NCBI RefSeq assembly: GCF_009914755.1
Contig: NC_060931.1
Length of the DNA stretch: 64,000 nt
Source of the DNA: the human T2T-CHM13v2.0 reference genome, Homo sapiens
Strand: one strand, 5' to 3'
Shown here piece after piece: positions 1-14,893 of the stretch; within the stretch, counting starts at the first letter, position 1; the number at the start of each line of letters is the position of its first letter. The notes under the pieces are model-generated. The model saw only the letters and a list, made by a program, of their open reading frames with translations, was not told the DNA's origin and did no database searches. The position numbers were made by a program, and so were the translations under genes.

Positions 1-888
1 TTCTGTTCCTTTCTCCAAATGCACTCTCTTGGTTCTGGGTTTCTGATCATTTGGGGGAATGTCTATAATGTTAGTGGCTCAGCAGGATCATAAATAAATA
101 AAAGACTAAGGCAAGAATAAATGGCATTGATTATTATTGTACATTCCTAATAATTTTATAATATATATTCAGAAACACGTGTTTGAGGATGTACCTAACT
201 TTATATGTCTGAATAATACTTACTCATACTCAAGCAATATTCCAAGTGTAGCAAAACCGTTACACTTTGGAAAGAACTGAAACCAATATAAAAACAAAAT
301 TTCATATAACTTAAGTACAATAATAAAAGTGAAACATATTGAGACCGTTAAACTTTGAAGATTTTTTTTTCAGAAATTAAAAGCTATAACCTATGGATTA
401 AGTTTATACCTGAAAAAGAGTGTATTTCTTCTATTTGTCTTTGTGTTGCATCCTAAAGGATTGGACGATATAACCAAATGGCTCCAAATATACTTCAGAT
501 ATGAGTAGGACCCATTTAATGATGCCTGAGGCCTGGAGTCAATATAACACTGTGATTTTAGCCACATGATTGTTTCTTCATTGGGTTAATTTACAAAGCC
601 TCATCAGAACAGTCAAAGAAATGGCAGAAGCTGGGGATAGATGGAATAGGACAAAGATATCTAGACAGGATGTAGGTCTGGCAAGTCTTGATGAGCTGTC
701 AAGCTATCTAAATCACTCTGATCAAAATCTGGGTGGACACACAAAGAAGCTTGATCTATAGGCAGAGCACAGCAGATGGATTTTCTCAACTGTAGCAATG
801 CCCTGAGTTATGTGAGGAGTATGATTCTAGGAGATTTGCACAGCCAGTGAGAATCTGTTGCCAGTCTCAGGGAGTGGGAGTGGGAAGC

Positions 889-919
889 AGAATCTTAGAA
901 TCCTTAGAATCTTAGAATC
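889..919. repeat. short tandem repeat of CTTAGAAT-like units
   Basis: agaatcttagaatccttagaatcttagaatc read directly. Confidence 0.8.
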
Positions 920-2288
920 AGCAAGCTGATTGAATTTCAAGAGAAAGCTCAAATCCTAGGAGGACCAACCATAGTGAAGTCAAGATACTGAAAGAGAGGT
1001 TAAATGGTACAGTGTAAACCATACTATAGGTTTAAGCAGAAGTCTACAGAAAATAACTCTCACCCCAGGCACATTGGATACCAGATTATATCAGATTTTT
1101 CAGGTATTGGCTGCTAATAATATTTCCCACTGTGGCAAGTGTTTACAGTGGTAAGCATGGAAAATTGGTTTCAGTGACACCAGCAAATCAGCTTATTCCA
1201 TTAGTATTAGAACTCTAAACAATTATATTTATACTTCCAGATCTGACTTAGATTTTTGTATCAACAAGGTCAGGTATGAAGGATACATTGCTGACACTGA
1301 TTTCTTAATGTCTATAAATGTCTTCAAATGTTTAGATAACAATAGTAATACACACACACACATATTTAACTACCTACATAGATATAAAACAAACCATCTT
1401 CTTTAAAACAAATGAGTTCTCTAAAATAATTACTATTTATATGATTTCTATTTTTCACATTTTTGTTCTATTCGGACTGGATTTTTACTTCTTCAATAAA
1501 ATGTTATTTATTACTGGTTTCTAATAAGTAAAAATACTATGGTGAAAAACTGCAGCATGACAATTTCTATAAATAATCATTTATAAAATAATATTACTGA
1601 AAGAAAAAGACAAATATGGACTTTGAAAAATTGCCCTGTAGCTCTTTTTATTTCAAGGGGACAGACTGTTTCTGTACATGGTTTCATTTTCCTTGAACTT
1701 TCTTTAGGTTAATCTTTCCAAATCAAGTAACCCTGTTCAGCATTCATTCTGTAAGTTTAGAATATGCTCGTCAAAATCAAAGCTCTTTTGAAAAATCGAA
1801 GCTGCCTTTGTTGGGGAACATTCATAAATTGACATGTTTTCTATGTTTGAGATTTTCTACTTTCTTCCCTTTCACCTGCACACTTCAAGATTTATTACAG
1901 ATTGTCAGAAGAAATGATTGCCTTCCTAGTTTTATAGAACTCCAAATAAGAAATCTAATTTGTTGTTTCTCTTGGATCCCTGGTTAAAGTTTCTGAATAG
2001 TTTGGGGCAGAACTCTTTTTCCTCCATAAGTAAGCCTGTTTTAGTAGTTGAAAAATGTTCTTGGAGTTGATGAATTGAAGTACAATTTTTTTTCTGCTTT
2101 TAATTGCTCCCCAAGTCTGCTATGTTCACTCTGCAAGAGTGAGTATTAATCCATGGAACCGTGGTTAATTGTGAGGTGGGTAAATTCAATGATGTTTGGA
2201 TATTTCACTTGGATGCATGAACACTCTATATGCCACTCAAATGACCTCATTCCATATGCCTTACAAGTGTCTCTGTGACACTCTGCAG

Positions 2289-2336
2289 GATTTTTTGTCT
2301 ATGTGCAAAGGAGGCACACAGCTGTTAATTGACAAG
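2289..2336 (+). other. candidate 48-nt exon (phase 0, DFLSMCKGGTQLLIDK)
   Basis: ctctgcag| acceptor at 2288, AAG|gtaagt consensus donor at 2336/2337; length divisible by 3; only the phase-0 frame is stop-free. No transcript evidence available. Confidence 0.3.
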
Positions 2337-3497
2337 GTAAGTAATTGTCTTCTGATTACAGTAGTTAAAGGCTGTTCTCTAATGGATTTTACTTGTCACT
2401 TTTAATTCTTTTTAATCTTTGTCTGCATTTCATTAGAATGGCTTTATCATTTGGATTGCCCTCCTGTTGGTTATTCTGATAAGATTTAATGGGTTATCTT
2501 CCAACTATGACAATCCCTCAAAAATATAATAGAGTGATATTTAGATTCTTCCGGGATTTTTAAAACACGATTGCTTTTCCAACCCATTTTTTCTCTTTTA
2601 CACTTCACATTTTTGCAAATCAAGTATTTTGCATTTTCTACATGCCCTGAGCAAGTTTCTGCTTTAATCTTCCATGACTTAATCTATTGACTAAATAGGA
2701 GATAGTTGGTGAGGCAGTTAGGAAAGAGCCTGTTATCATTTTCTATTCTGCTTACCTGCTGTGATTTTATTTATTTATTTATTTAATTTACAAGCAATAG
2801 GCTTTAACTGCAGTTTTCTAAGAGATGATTCAGGTACTGACAAAAATATTTGTAAACCTTTTAGGATCTGGGGATAACAGAAAAGTAAACTTGTAAAAAT
2901 GGTTCATTATGCATTTCGTGATGCAGAAATGTAATGTTAAGTCATCATTTATTCTATAATAGAGCATTTTTAGGTTTTGCATATGTTCCCCTACCTATGA
3001 AAATGACAATTTACATACAAATGCATATCTTTAATCATATCTCACTCCTCTATAGCTAGTGCATTTACCAAACAGCTCTTTATAAGGTGTACTGTAATTA
3101 CTGAATTATGCAGTCAAGGTGTCTGGTTAGTGGAAATAATTTATTGATGTAATAACAACTATTAAAAATAAAAACTGCAAACATTTGTGGGAAAGAGACA
3201 AGATAGAATATCTGGCCTTTTTAATGTTTAATAAATTGGGATAAATTGTCCTACCTTGGTTTCAAATACAATTGAGTCATTTAACAATCATATTTGGCAA
3301 AGGTTGTATGATGCTGAACCATGCAGCAGATGGTGGAATTACAGAATGCAAAATTTTATGGGATGCCTTTTCAGAGTTTGCTAAAGTGAGATCTAGTGCA
3401 TGGTTTTTATAATAAATTAATTCTTCCTAGAAGCTTGTGTGTAAGTAATTTGACAAAACAGTTATAATAAAAATTTGTCTTTGTATAAAATTGAATC

Positions 3498-3626
3498 TAT
3501 ACCTAATGCTAAATGATGAGTTAATGGGTGCAGCACACCAACATGGCACATGTATACATATGTAACAAACCTGCACGTTGTGCACATGTACCCTAAAACT
3601 TAAAGTATAATGATAATAAAAAAAAA
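3498..3626 (+). mobile_element. severely 5'-truncated young L1PA (L1PA2-4-like) 3' end with A-tail
   Basis: atacctaatgctaaatgatgagttaatgggtgcagcacaccaacatggcacatgtatac...cctaaaacttaaagtataa matches the primate L1 3' terminus almost exactly. Confidence 0.95.
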
Positions 3627-4649
3627 TTGTAGTGCCAAAAGGCAAAAAATAAATAAATAAAATACATAATAACTTTTTTTAAATTCAAAAAAAAAAAAGA
3701 AAGGAAGCACAATTTTCGAAGGACTCAGTGCACTCATTGGTTTTTAAGATGTACCAGTGAAGTGGTAAGTCAAAATTGGTGTATATTTGGAAGCTTAAAT
3801 GAATTTCATTTTTGGTAACGTAACTAAGAGTTTTAAAGCATAAGTATGAAAATAAGTAAGACAAACAGTGATCATTTTCAATTCTTGATTTGCCCTTGTT
3901 TAAATTGTAGCTGCCCAAAATGGTTGTGTGACTCTAACCTCAACTATCATATATTTTCTGATTATAAAAAAAAAGGGTCCAAATGTTAAGTACTAAATGT
4001 GCTTATGAGATATTATAATGCTTCAAAGTCCCAGAAGTGACCTCAAATCATTTGAGTAATTATGTAGAAAAGGAATACATAAATATTAACATTAATAACA
4101 CATAAATACAACATCAAAATACACTAAGTAAATATTACAGTTATTTAAATATGCAAGTGCTTTGCAAATTTAACTAGTTTTGATATCTCTTTAAATGATT
4201 TTTATTCATAGATTCACCAGAAAATCATATATTTGATTCTATATGTTAGTGTCTGTTGAACTTTACATATTAAACTAAAATTTTGTTAAAATGTGGAACC
4301 CATTGGTAGAAGACATTGACTCTCAAGTATTTCATTTATGTTTATCTTCTGTGTGACACATAAAACTAGTAATTCTACTTTCTACTTTCTTTCTTTTCCC
4401 AAATCTTTCATTGCTTTCTTCTACTTTCCTACCGTAAGAAATATATGTACTATGTACTGGGCAGAGTCCTCTCTTCTTGGCCAAAGCTAAATTACAAGAG
4501 GTTATACAGGAAATGTCCATGTTCAATTAGAAAATCTCTGGAAATAAAAATCTCTCAACAAAATCATGGTAGTGTTATGTGCTTATATATATAAGCTTAC
4601 ACATATATGTATATAAATATATATATATATTAATTTATTTCGTTTCCAC

Positions 4650-4780
4650 CATAACTCTTCAAGAGAGTATATTTGATTTTACAGACAAGAAAATTAATTT
4701 GCCCAGGATCACACAGTTTCTAACAGAAAGAACCACAAACCCAACCCAGTCTGGCTGAATCAAGAATTGTTCCTCTCAGT
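4650..4780 (-). mobile_element. MIR fragment
   Basis: attttacagacaagaaa...ttgcccaggatcacacag...aacccagtctggctga resembles the reverse-complement MIR core. Confidence 0.5.
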
Positions 4781-5149
4781 GTTCTGTTCTGATTCTCTAT
4801 TAAGTTTATAGTTTCATGATTATTACTGTTAAACCTTGAGAAATAAGGCCAAACTGAAAGGTGGAAATATCTAGAAGCAAGAACTGACCCTCAGATAAAC
4901 ACTAAAAGGGAAATGACATGTAAATAAATTCCCATTTATGAAAACCTAGAAAACAAAGGCAAGGTGGATATAGGAGCTGAGAATGAGATCTGGAACCCTT
5001 AAAAAGTCTAGAATATGGTAGCCACTTGAAATCTATAACAAGTTATTGCTTATTTGTGACATGCTTTTTCTCACTTTTGAAAATGCTTTGTAATTAATTT
5101 TCAAAAAGAGCAAAGCAATGTATTGTGAGTCAGATCTATGAGTAAAGGC

Positions 5150-5725
5150 CCCATGTAATAAGGACTGGATTCAGTTTATTCATCGCCCTAGGTCCTTGCA
5201 CTTGCCTTGCCTTGCTCTCTAGCCAGAATATCCCTGGTACTAACTTCTATCACTCCTGCATCCTAGATAAGAGTCACAGCTGCTGTCTCTGATGTTGCTC
5301 TTGTTTGGGAGCAAACCCCCTGTCATGCTCCATGTCCTCTACCTCTGGGCTTCCTTGTTGCCTCAGACCACCTCTGCACAGTATGGACATGCTGAGAGTT
5401 AACACCTTGTGGAGGCAAACATTGAACAATGTGAAATGGGAGGCAGTTGATGTTTTCTTCCTTCTTCTTCCCCTAGCTAGATTTTCAAAGGTGTAGCAGC
5501 TACATAAAGCCTCTCTAAAGACTGAACAGTCGTCCTGCTACAGAACCATGGCCAGCCCAGCAAGGCTCTCCTTCTTTATATTTGCTATTCCACCTCCCTT
5601 GCCACATTCCCCTTTGCTCTCATTTCTCTCCATGTGCTCCTGGGTAAGGTGTTATCACATAAGCCTTTTTTTCCTTTTTTTTTCTTTTTTTTTTTTTTCC
5701 TAGGGAGTCTAAGGAGAGCTAAAGT
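5150..5725 (+). mobile_element. ancient ERVL-type solo LTR (LTR33-like)
   Basis: 3' part atggccagcccagcaaggctctccc...cacataagcc...ttcctagggag...gctaa resembles the recalled LTR33/LTR16 end. Confidence 0.4.
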
Positions 5726-6834
5726 ATAGCATACTAGCTTAAATGTAGTTTAATTTCTATGAAGATTACATGCAGTTCCCTTCAAAAGTTTTCCTTAATA
5801 ACTACTTTTTATTGATTTTTATATGATTAACTCTATTTCTCAGCTCATTGCTAATTCTTGAACAAGGAATTCTTCAGTGTTAAAATTACCATTCTCTTGA
5901 TGTAACAAGACATAATACTTCATTATGTTGTATTTGTTACCTAAAAATGTGCTGTGCTCAGATACAGATGGCTATGTTTTCGGAAAAAATTTTTTTCCCA
6001 TTTCTCTGAATAGGTATATATAGAATCACATGTGTAAGTATATAATGTTTATATGTATATATTAACCTTTGGCAGCAAATGTTGTCTTAACAATTTCTTA
6101 ATAGCCTCCTCTGTAAAATGGAAATGAGTGGTAATTTAACTCAACCACTTTAAAATGCTTCATAAGAGGTAGAGAAAAAAAATTTTTTTTTGCACCCACA
6201 CATACCAATACAAATGCACACACATACCCAAACACACCAATCACAAAAGCAGAAACAACATCAAACAAAACATCTAAATATATTAAAATTTAAATATTGA
6301 AATATAATTAAAATGAAATTAAATTTATTTTTAAGTCAAAGTTATTTTAGTTTGATACTTGCCTGAAATGTGCAGGTGGCAAGTACATATTTAAAATGCA
6401 GGTGTTGTATTTTCTGCTAACTTTACTTTTGAAAGACTTTCAACATATCATTTCTTATGGAAAATTATACTCAATAATTCTCAGCTACACAGCATTGACT
6501 TAGAATGGATTGTAGGCTGTGCTAACTGATATATAAGGTGAAGAACCCAAAGATCTATGTGTTTGAATTGTTTAAAGAGAAAAAAATAGCCTAAGATTTT
6601 TTCTCAAATTTTAAAAGTAGTTGTTACATTTACGGACAGTAAAATAAATAGATCTGGCCATTACAACTGTGAAACACAATAGGAAAATAAGCACAAAGGA
6701 TATTCTTAGTTTCCAACATCTAATTGCAATTGGGCTTTCTCTTCCCATCATCATTAATTAATAATAGATAACATTTATGTTGCATGTCCTGAACATTTCT
6801 CATCACATCCTCAATATTTAAATACAAAGAATAA

Positions 6835-6950
6835 AAACTTCACTGGGATACCATTTTTGTCTGTTTTGTTTATTGCTACGTCTTTACCTCATAGAAGGTT
6901 CCTGGAATGCAGTAGATGTTCAGCGAATTTTTGTGGCCTAAGTAAATATG
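6835..6950 (+). mobile_element. L2 3' end
   Basis: tgtctgttttgtttattgct...cctggaatgcagtagatgttcagcgaattttt matches the L2 terminal motif. Confidence 0.6.
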
Positions 6951-8618
6951 AAAATTTTTTAAAATGCTAGAAAAAAATGTAAGAAGAAATGAAAAGTTTC
7001 AGGATAGAATAAGAGAGACTTGGGATGTATTTTCAGGATGTGATTAGTTAGTTCCTCTTTATCTCCTAAATAAATAGTACAATGTTTGGCACAAAGGAAA
7101 ATAATCAACATGTATTTGATAAAATAAATGTAACCCAAAATATTGTATATAGGTATAGTTTTAGTTTGTTGACTACTTCTAGGTATTTAGTAGCCTCATG
7201 ATGATTATTAGATTATAAAGATGAAAAAATAGGAAATTCAGCATTACTAATTGTCTACTTTATTGAAAAAACAATTACCTAGCTAGTAATTTGAGGACTT
7301 TGGACTGCCTAGCCACCAGTAATACAAATACACAGTTTTTCAATGGCTTTCTTCCTTTTCCCCTTCAAAAAATACGAAAATACTATTCTGGTCTTTAAAG
7401 ATTTTTAATTTGTTTTGGCAGGCTGCATACAGGCACATGTATGCAAGTAAAAATATACATATACCCACAGAGAGTATAAAGGAACTGAAAATATTTAAAA
7501 AGCTATTAATAAAGACTGATACAGACTATACCAAATGCAAAAATGCTGAGAACTGCACACGTAATTAAAAATAAAGGGGTGATCAGAATCAGGCAATAAG
7601 TAACACATTTTGAGGAAAGTTTGGACGTAAGTATTGAGTATGTGGATGAGCTTTCCATACATAATGCTTCGTCTAAATTTATCTTTCCTGTTTTCTTCTT
7701 CCAAAATTTACTTCATTTTTTATCAGTAAATTTAATGATAGCTTTTGTCATTGAATAATATGAAAGATTGGCTTTAGCAAACCACAGCATATCTAAAAAT
7801 TCATGAGTTTAGGGATGCTAATTATCTCAGGATAATAATGCCAGCTGGGAAAAAAAAAAAAGTAAAGTCTTTCAAATTAAGTGACTTAGATGTAAATTAG
7901 ATGTAAATCACACATCATTTTAAAGAGAGAAAAACAATTTCCTTTCAAACATGGTGAGACCTAGCCAAGTCAGCAACAGAAACAAATATGTAGTAACAGG
8001 TGGCAAAAAGTTTATTATTTTACAATATTTCTCTATTAGATTTGCCTCAGTTTCTTGGGTTGAGTATTTTCAGAGCTTTGAATGAATACTGGAATTTAAA
8101 CAAGTTTTCTCGGTAAAAGTCGAAAGTAGATAACTAGCCTCAGGAAAGCTAAAAGTGTGTGCAAAAGGGAATGAAAGCATGATATGGTGGTCTTGGTCAT
8201 AATCAAAAGCAAATAAACAAGCATTTGATTCCTGAGGATTTTAAATTTTTCAAGGATAGACAATACATCCCACAAAGAGCACAAATAAAACATACTTTTA
8301 TCTTTCCACTTTCCCTTGTGTGGCTCATTCTCCCTCTCACTGTAACCACCTACAAGGATTCAGTGCCTTTCTATGGCACTTCATACTGAGGGCTTCCCTC
8401 CTGGGGTTTTGGTGAATGAGTGATACTATGAGTTTCAGAGGTTTTCTTCTCTCCTTGTCTCCATCAACATGTGCCTATTCAGAGTCTTGTTTTACCTCCT
8501 TGAGAAGGCAGTAGCCGTGTAAGTTAAGGGGAATTCTTATGCACAGTTTTTTTTTATTCTTTATGTTTACTTATATATTCAAGCATTTATTTACATCTGT
8601 TAATAAATGTATCTCATG

Positions 8619-8975
8619 TGTCTTAGTTTGTGTAGGCTATTATAACAAAACACTGTAGATTAAGTGCCATATAAACAACAAACATTTATTTCCCATTGTT
8701 CTGGAGGCTGAGAAATCCAAAATCAAGGGGCCAAAACATGTGGTGTCTGGTGAGGGCCCTTTTCCTGGTTATTAGATGGTGCCTTTTAGCTGTATCCTCA
8801 CATGGTGAAATAAACAAAGGATTTCTCGGGGGTCTCTCTACGGGCAGTAATCCCATATGTGGGCTCTACCTTCATTACTAATCACCTCCCAAAGTCCCTA
8901 CCTTCTAAAAGCATTGCTTTAGGCTTAACATTTCAACATATGAATTTTGGGGGAACACACATTCAGACGATAGCA
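8619..8975 (-). mobile_element. MLT1A/MLT1A0 MaLR solo LTR
   Basis: TG...CA termini (tgtcttagttt...cagacgatagca), typical MLT1A body, 5-bp TSD tcatg/tcgtg (one CpG transition). Confidence 0.9.
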
Positions 8976-8984
8976 TCGTGGACA

Positions 8985-10205
<1,221 letters not shown>

Positions 10206-11660
10206 TGTTCTATGTGTATGTGTGCACACACACATTGCCCTGTTTGTACGATTATCTTAAAGACTAACATTGGTAAACTCGACTCTGTCTTTGGCCAAGA
10301 AAACGTTCAATCTGCAGACTTCTATGCATTGAAGTCCATGTGTCTGAAGGAACTGCCAAATTATTTTGCAGGTTTCCTTGGGGAGGACCCCCTTCAACAG
10401 GTATAGAAAGGTCCAATTATCCAAGGTTGGTCATTTACTAGTTCAGATACTGAAACATATTTTAGCTCAGGCATTCAAGCAAATGACCACAATTTACCTG
10501 GAAGTGAGTTAGAACTTTGAGAAACCACTCAAATTGTTGTGGGATAGCTCCCTTCACTACTGATTGGCAGCTTACCCTGAGTTCACAGGGCTCAGAAGCC
10601 CACCAGGATAGGTGACCTACTGTTAGCTAGTTAAATGTCTTTAGGCAATAATTCCATATACAAATAGAAAGATTTTAGTCAAAGACCTTACAAACACTTT
10701 ATACTATTGTCAAACATTTGGGAGGACAGAAAAATGAAGATGCGGCTAATATTTATTGCAAGCTATTGAATTGTAGATATCATTCTAGGCCATTTAGGTC
10801 ACATGTTCATTCTAAAAGTTCTAAAAATCTCAAGTAACAAAGATTTTACTTTGTTGAACCAATGTCACGATGCCTGTATAAATCATTATCTCCCTTCTTC
10901 TGAATCAGTACTGTGACTTTGTTTTCAAATGTTTTTTTAACCTCTGTATGTGTGTGTGTATATATACATTTACTTTCTTTAAAATATGCCATATCAGGAA
11001 CTCTTTCCAGTTGTCTTTTTGAGGTTTCCTAAATGCTGAGAAAGTCTACCTTTCTTACGCCTACTAAACATTGAATTGTCTGCTCTTTCCTGTTTGAGTC
11101 ATATGAAATTGCCTCCACTGCTGTCCATAAAACAAATATTGGAGAAGATATGGGTACACTCACTTTTTTAAAAAAAAATCCTGGAATTTTAATACGTTAG
11201 TCGCTGAGATACAGTAGTTTTCCTACCCTGATTGATGGAAACTCTTCTCCTTTGCTACAGTGTGTTTCTGATGAAAACCAAAGAGTTGTTTATACATTTT
11301 TTTTTTCAGTTTGTAGACTTTTTCAAAACAAAAATGATGATTAATTTTCAGTTAAATTCTTTATTTTGCTTATGCAAGTATTGATAAACCTATTCACATT
11401 AAAAAGTCATTACATATGGAAATAGACCTAAAAAGAATAGTTGCCTTACCGTGTCAGGATTTGATTCAATTAAAACTGATTGAGTAACTTTGGAGGGGAA
11501 CAGCAGAAAATCATATTTGTTTTAAAGTTGAGTCCCTAGCAATATCTATCATGGTCTTCATTTATTTTCAATAAATACGAAAGTTAAAATGTAAGTATTA
11601 CCCCCAAGAATATGAACATGAAAACTCTTATAATGTGCTCTTCTTGTGATACAATGTTTT

Positions 11661-12053
11661 TGCTATGGTTTGAATGTTTTTGTTGCCTCCAAAATTCATG
11701 TTGAAACTTCATCCCCAATGAAATAGTAGTAGGAAGCGTGGCTTTTGGGAGGTGATAGAAGCATGAGCCCTCCACCTTCATTAATGAGATTAAATGCCCT
11801 TATAAAGGGATTTGATGGAGAGGCTTTGTCTTTTTTGCCCATTCCACCGTGTGAGGACACAGCATTTCTTCCCTCTGGAGGATGCGGTCACAAAATGCCA
11901 TCTTGGAAGCAGAGAGCAGCCCTTGCCAGACACACAACCTGCCAGTGACTTGACCTTAGACTTCCCAGCCTCTAGAACTGTGAGAAATAAACATTTATTT
12001 TTTTGTAAATTACCCAGTCTGTGGTAATCAGTTGTAGTACACAAACTAAGACA
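11661..12053 (+). mobile_element. MSTD-like MaLR solo LTR
   Basis: tgctatggtttgaatg...gccatcttggaagcagagagcagccc...actaagaca; TSD gtttt/gtgtt. Confidence 0.9.
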
Positions 12054-12507
12054 GTGTTGTATTTTATGTAACTGTGCAAGAGACAATTATAACAAAATGA
12101 GAGCATACATTGATAAGATACATCTGAACCTTGTCTGGCATTTGGATTAGTGATTATGTAGTCATGCACAAGTCTAAAACATAACACAGGTCAGTGTAAA
12201 TCATCAGTATGTTTAATAATAAATTTGTGAAGGTATACATATATGCAATGGGAACACAGGAAAAACTCTGTTACTAGTTTAGCGTAAAACTAAATTATCA
12301 GATAATTGCAAAAATTAACAAATGAGAATCCCAACAAGTCAAAATTTGGTATAAAATATTTGCATTTACATTTGTTTCCTGTTAAGTTTTTAAACTCTTT
12401 AAAAATAGATACAAAAATATTTTTAGTTAAACCTTTGCCACTCCCCTAGAACTTCTCTATAGAACTCATCAACAGTGCATCTCTATAGAACTGAGTTTGA
12501 AAATCAA

Positions 12508-12797
<290 letters not shown>

Positions 12798-13934
12798 TCA
12801 GTACCTCAGCAGATGAGAAATGGATCAATCTATGGTGTGACTAGACAAGTTAATGTTAAAACTGAACACTGTGATGATGCATGGCAGCTCTGACAATACA
12901 AGTAGGATCAGAATGTAAGTGTGGAAATTCAGTGTCACTAGGGAAGAATGGGCTGAGAGAAAGTTTAATAGGTAGAGAATAATCATAAAGGAAAGAGTTG
13001 CCCCAGGACTGGAGGGGAACCAGGTGGAAGAGTTGATCCCGAGACTGATGTGACTGATGATTCTTATCAAATGCTCCTCTTTGCTGGCCTTGCTTAGAGC
13101 CTTCTTTGGTTGTTTTTAGTGGTTGCTTTCGACTCAAAAGTGATCTGTTTATTGTAGTGTGAGAGATCATATATTTGCAGTCATTGCTGTCCACGTGATT
13201 ACTTGGATAGATGTTTTTCCCAGTTCCTGATTTTACGATAATCCAGTTCAAAGTGATATGCATGATATTTCAAAAACAGATGTCATAATCTTTTCTTTGT
13301 TTTTTAAATCATTAGATTGTCTAACTCATTGATATTTTTGAACATGGGCTTTCTGTTGCACTCCTCATCGAAGTAATTTTCATTATGTGTTGTTTTTTCT
13401 AAGTTTATTTATTTTTATTGCAAGTGGCCAAATGATAGGCCCTTTCTAGGGAACTATGTCTACACAAAATAAAATAAGGTTAAAATTATGCAATGAAACT
13501 GGCACTTCGGTGAGCTATAAACCTTCTCTGTAGACATTGTCCTTAGATCATCCTCACACCTGTAATGTTGAATTATTCCCTCCCTAGGTTTCATTCCTAG
13601 CATTTCTGATCCTTAATCTCTGCTTATCCAGAAAGTCATTTTCAGTTCCAGGGCTAACTTCCTGAAATCCTCACAGATTGATTCAGGCTAAATCCTGTAT
13701 TCAGGTTCATGTTGAATCCCCAACGAAAATTAATGGGATACGTGCAGCTGCATCTCTGGACAGACCACACCTCATCTTGCTTTCTGCAATCCCCGTCCCT
13801 CACTTGCCTAAAGTGCTTTGAGAACTGTTGTGACTACTTCAGAATGAACTATGTTTCTGTGACTCTTTCTTGCTGGCTCATTTCACAGGAAGCCCGAATT
13901 TACTTGTACATGGCTCACAGATCAATTTCTGCAG

Positions 13935-14100
13935 TGTGGATGTTTGTAATATACATAAATGTGTTGGATGAAGGCATTGAAATAAAATTTTTGAGTCTGC
14001 AAATTAAGCTGGAATTGAAATCAGAGAAAATAATGAAAGGCAATGAAAACTGATTCAAGGAGAAGTTTTGAGTAAGAGTGCCAACAGGCACCAAATCATT
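13935..14100 (+). mobile_element. L3/CR1 LINE reverse-transcriptase remnant
   Basis: ORF 13709-14053 ends FVIYINVLDEGIEIKFLSLQIKL, resembling the CR1 RT motif LFNIFINDLDEGIE..LSKFADDTKL. Confidence 0.5.
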
Positions 14101-14619
14101 TTAAATGAAGGCAAATATTAAATAATTTAAGAGCGAAGAACCAAGCTGGAGACTATTTGTTAAATAGAATAATGAATCAGCAGTTCAATCATTATATGGT
14201 TTGAAAGTTATTATGGAAAAATCACTAAAGCTATCAACTCAAATAAAACCTAACAAGAAATTAATAGAAATATAATAATAGTGTGTATTTTGAAAGTGAT
14301 GAAATACCTATCAAAACATTAAAAAATTATAATACAGGACTCTGATTATGTTACTGTAGAAATATTCTCATTTGCTTAAATTTGTGAGAGGGTTTCTTGA
14401 GTTGGAAAGCCCACAAAGATGCAAACTCTGATTTATTTTATAATGAATCTTCTTTCTGCAAATTCATTTCATTTTCCTACAAATGCATCACCTGCTTTTT
14501 TCTATAAGCTGCTTGTCTTAGTACAATTATCTACTTTGATAAGGTTGTGCTTATTATGTCATATTGCTTAGCTGTCATTTACCTAGCAGGTAAAATACAT
14601 ATTCAGAAGCTATATAATA

Positions 14620-14855
14620 ACATAATAATGTTTAGCACATTCTTATGGTGCACTAGCTTGGATACAGACCTAAGCACTTTACATATAATTTATAAAATTT
14701 CTTTAAGGTAGGAACAATTAACATTTTCTTTTATTGATGGGGAGACTAGGAAGTTAAGTAAGCTGTGTAAGGCTCTACACAATTAGAAAAAGAGCCTGGA
14801 TTCAAACCCTGGCAGTTTTTGCTTCAGAATCCATGTTCTTAATCACCATGTTATC
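14620..14855 (-). mobile_element. MIR
   Basis: gagcctggattcaaaccctggcag...cagaatccatgttcttaatcacc is the reverse of the MIR 5' end. Confidence 0.7.
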
Positions 14856-14893
14856 CTTACAAATTCAGTGCAAGGCAAAAAGCATCATCATAA

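Noticed and set aside
500-1110. Possible ancient Gypsy-like LTR remnants here and at ~16050-16650
   Set aside because: Only a compositional impression; no termini, TSD or alignable consensus.
10317-10336. 20-bp near-palindrome gacttctatgcattgaagtc
   Set aside because: Isolated and short; plausible by chance in 64 kb.
12856-13263. 135-aa minus-strand ORF
   Set aside because: No recognisable domain, partly overlaps L2-like sequence, and no convincing splice sites.
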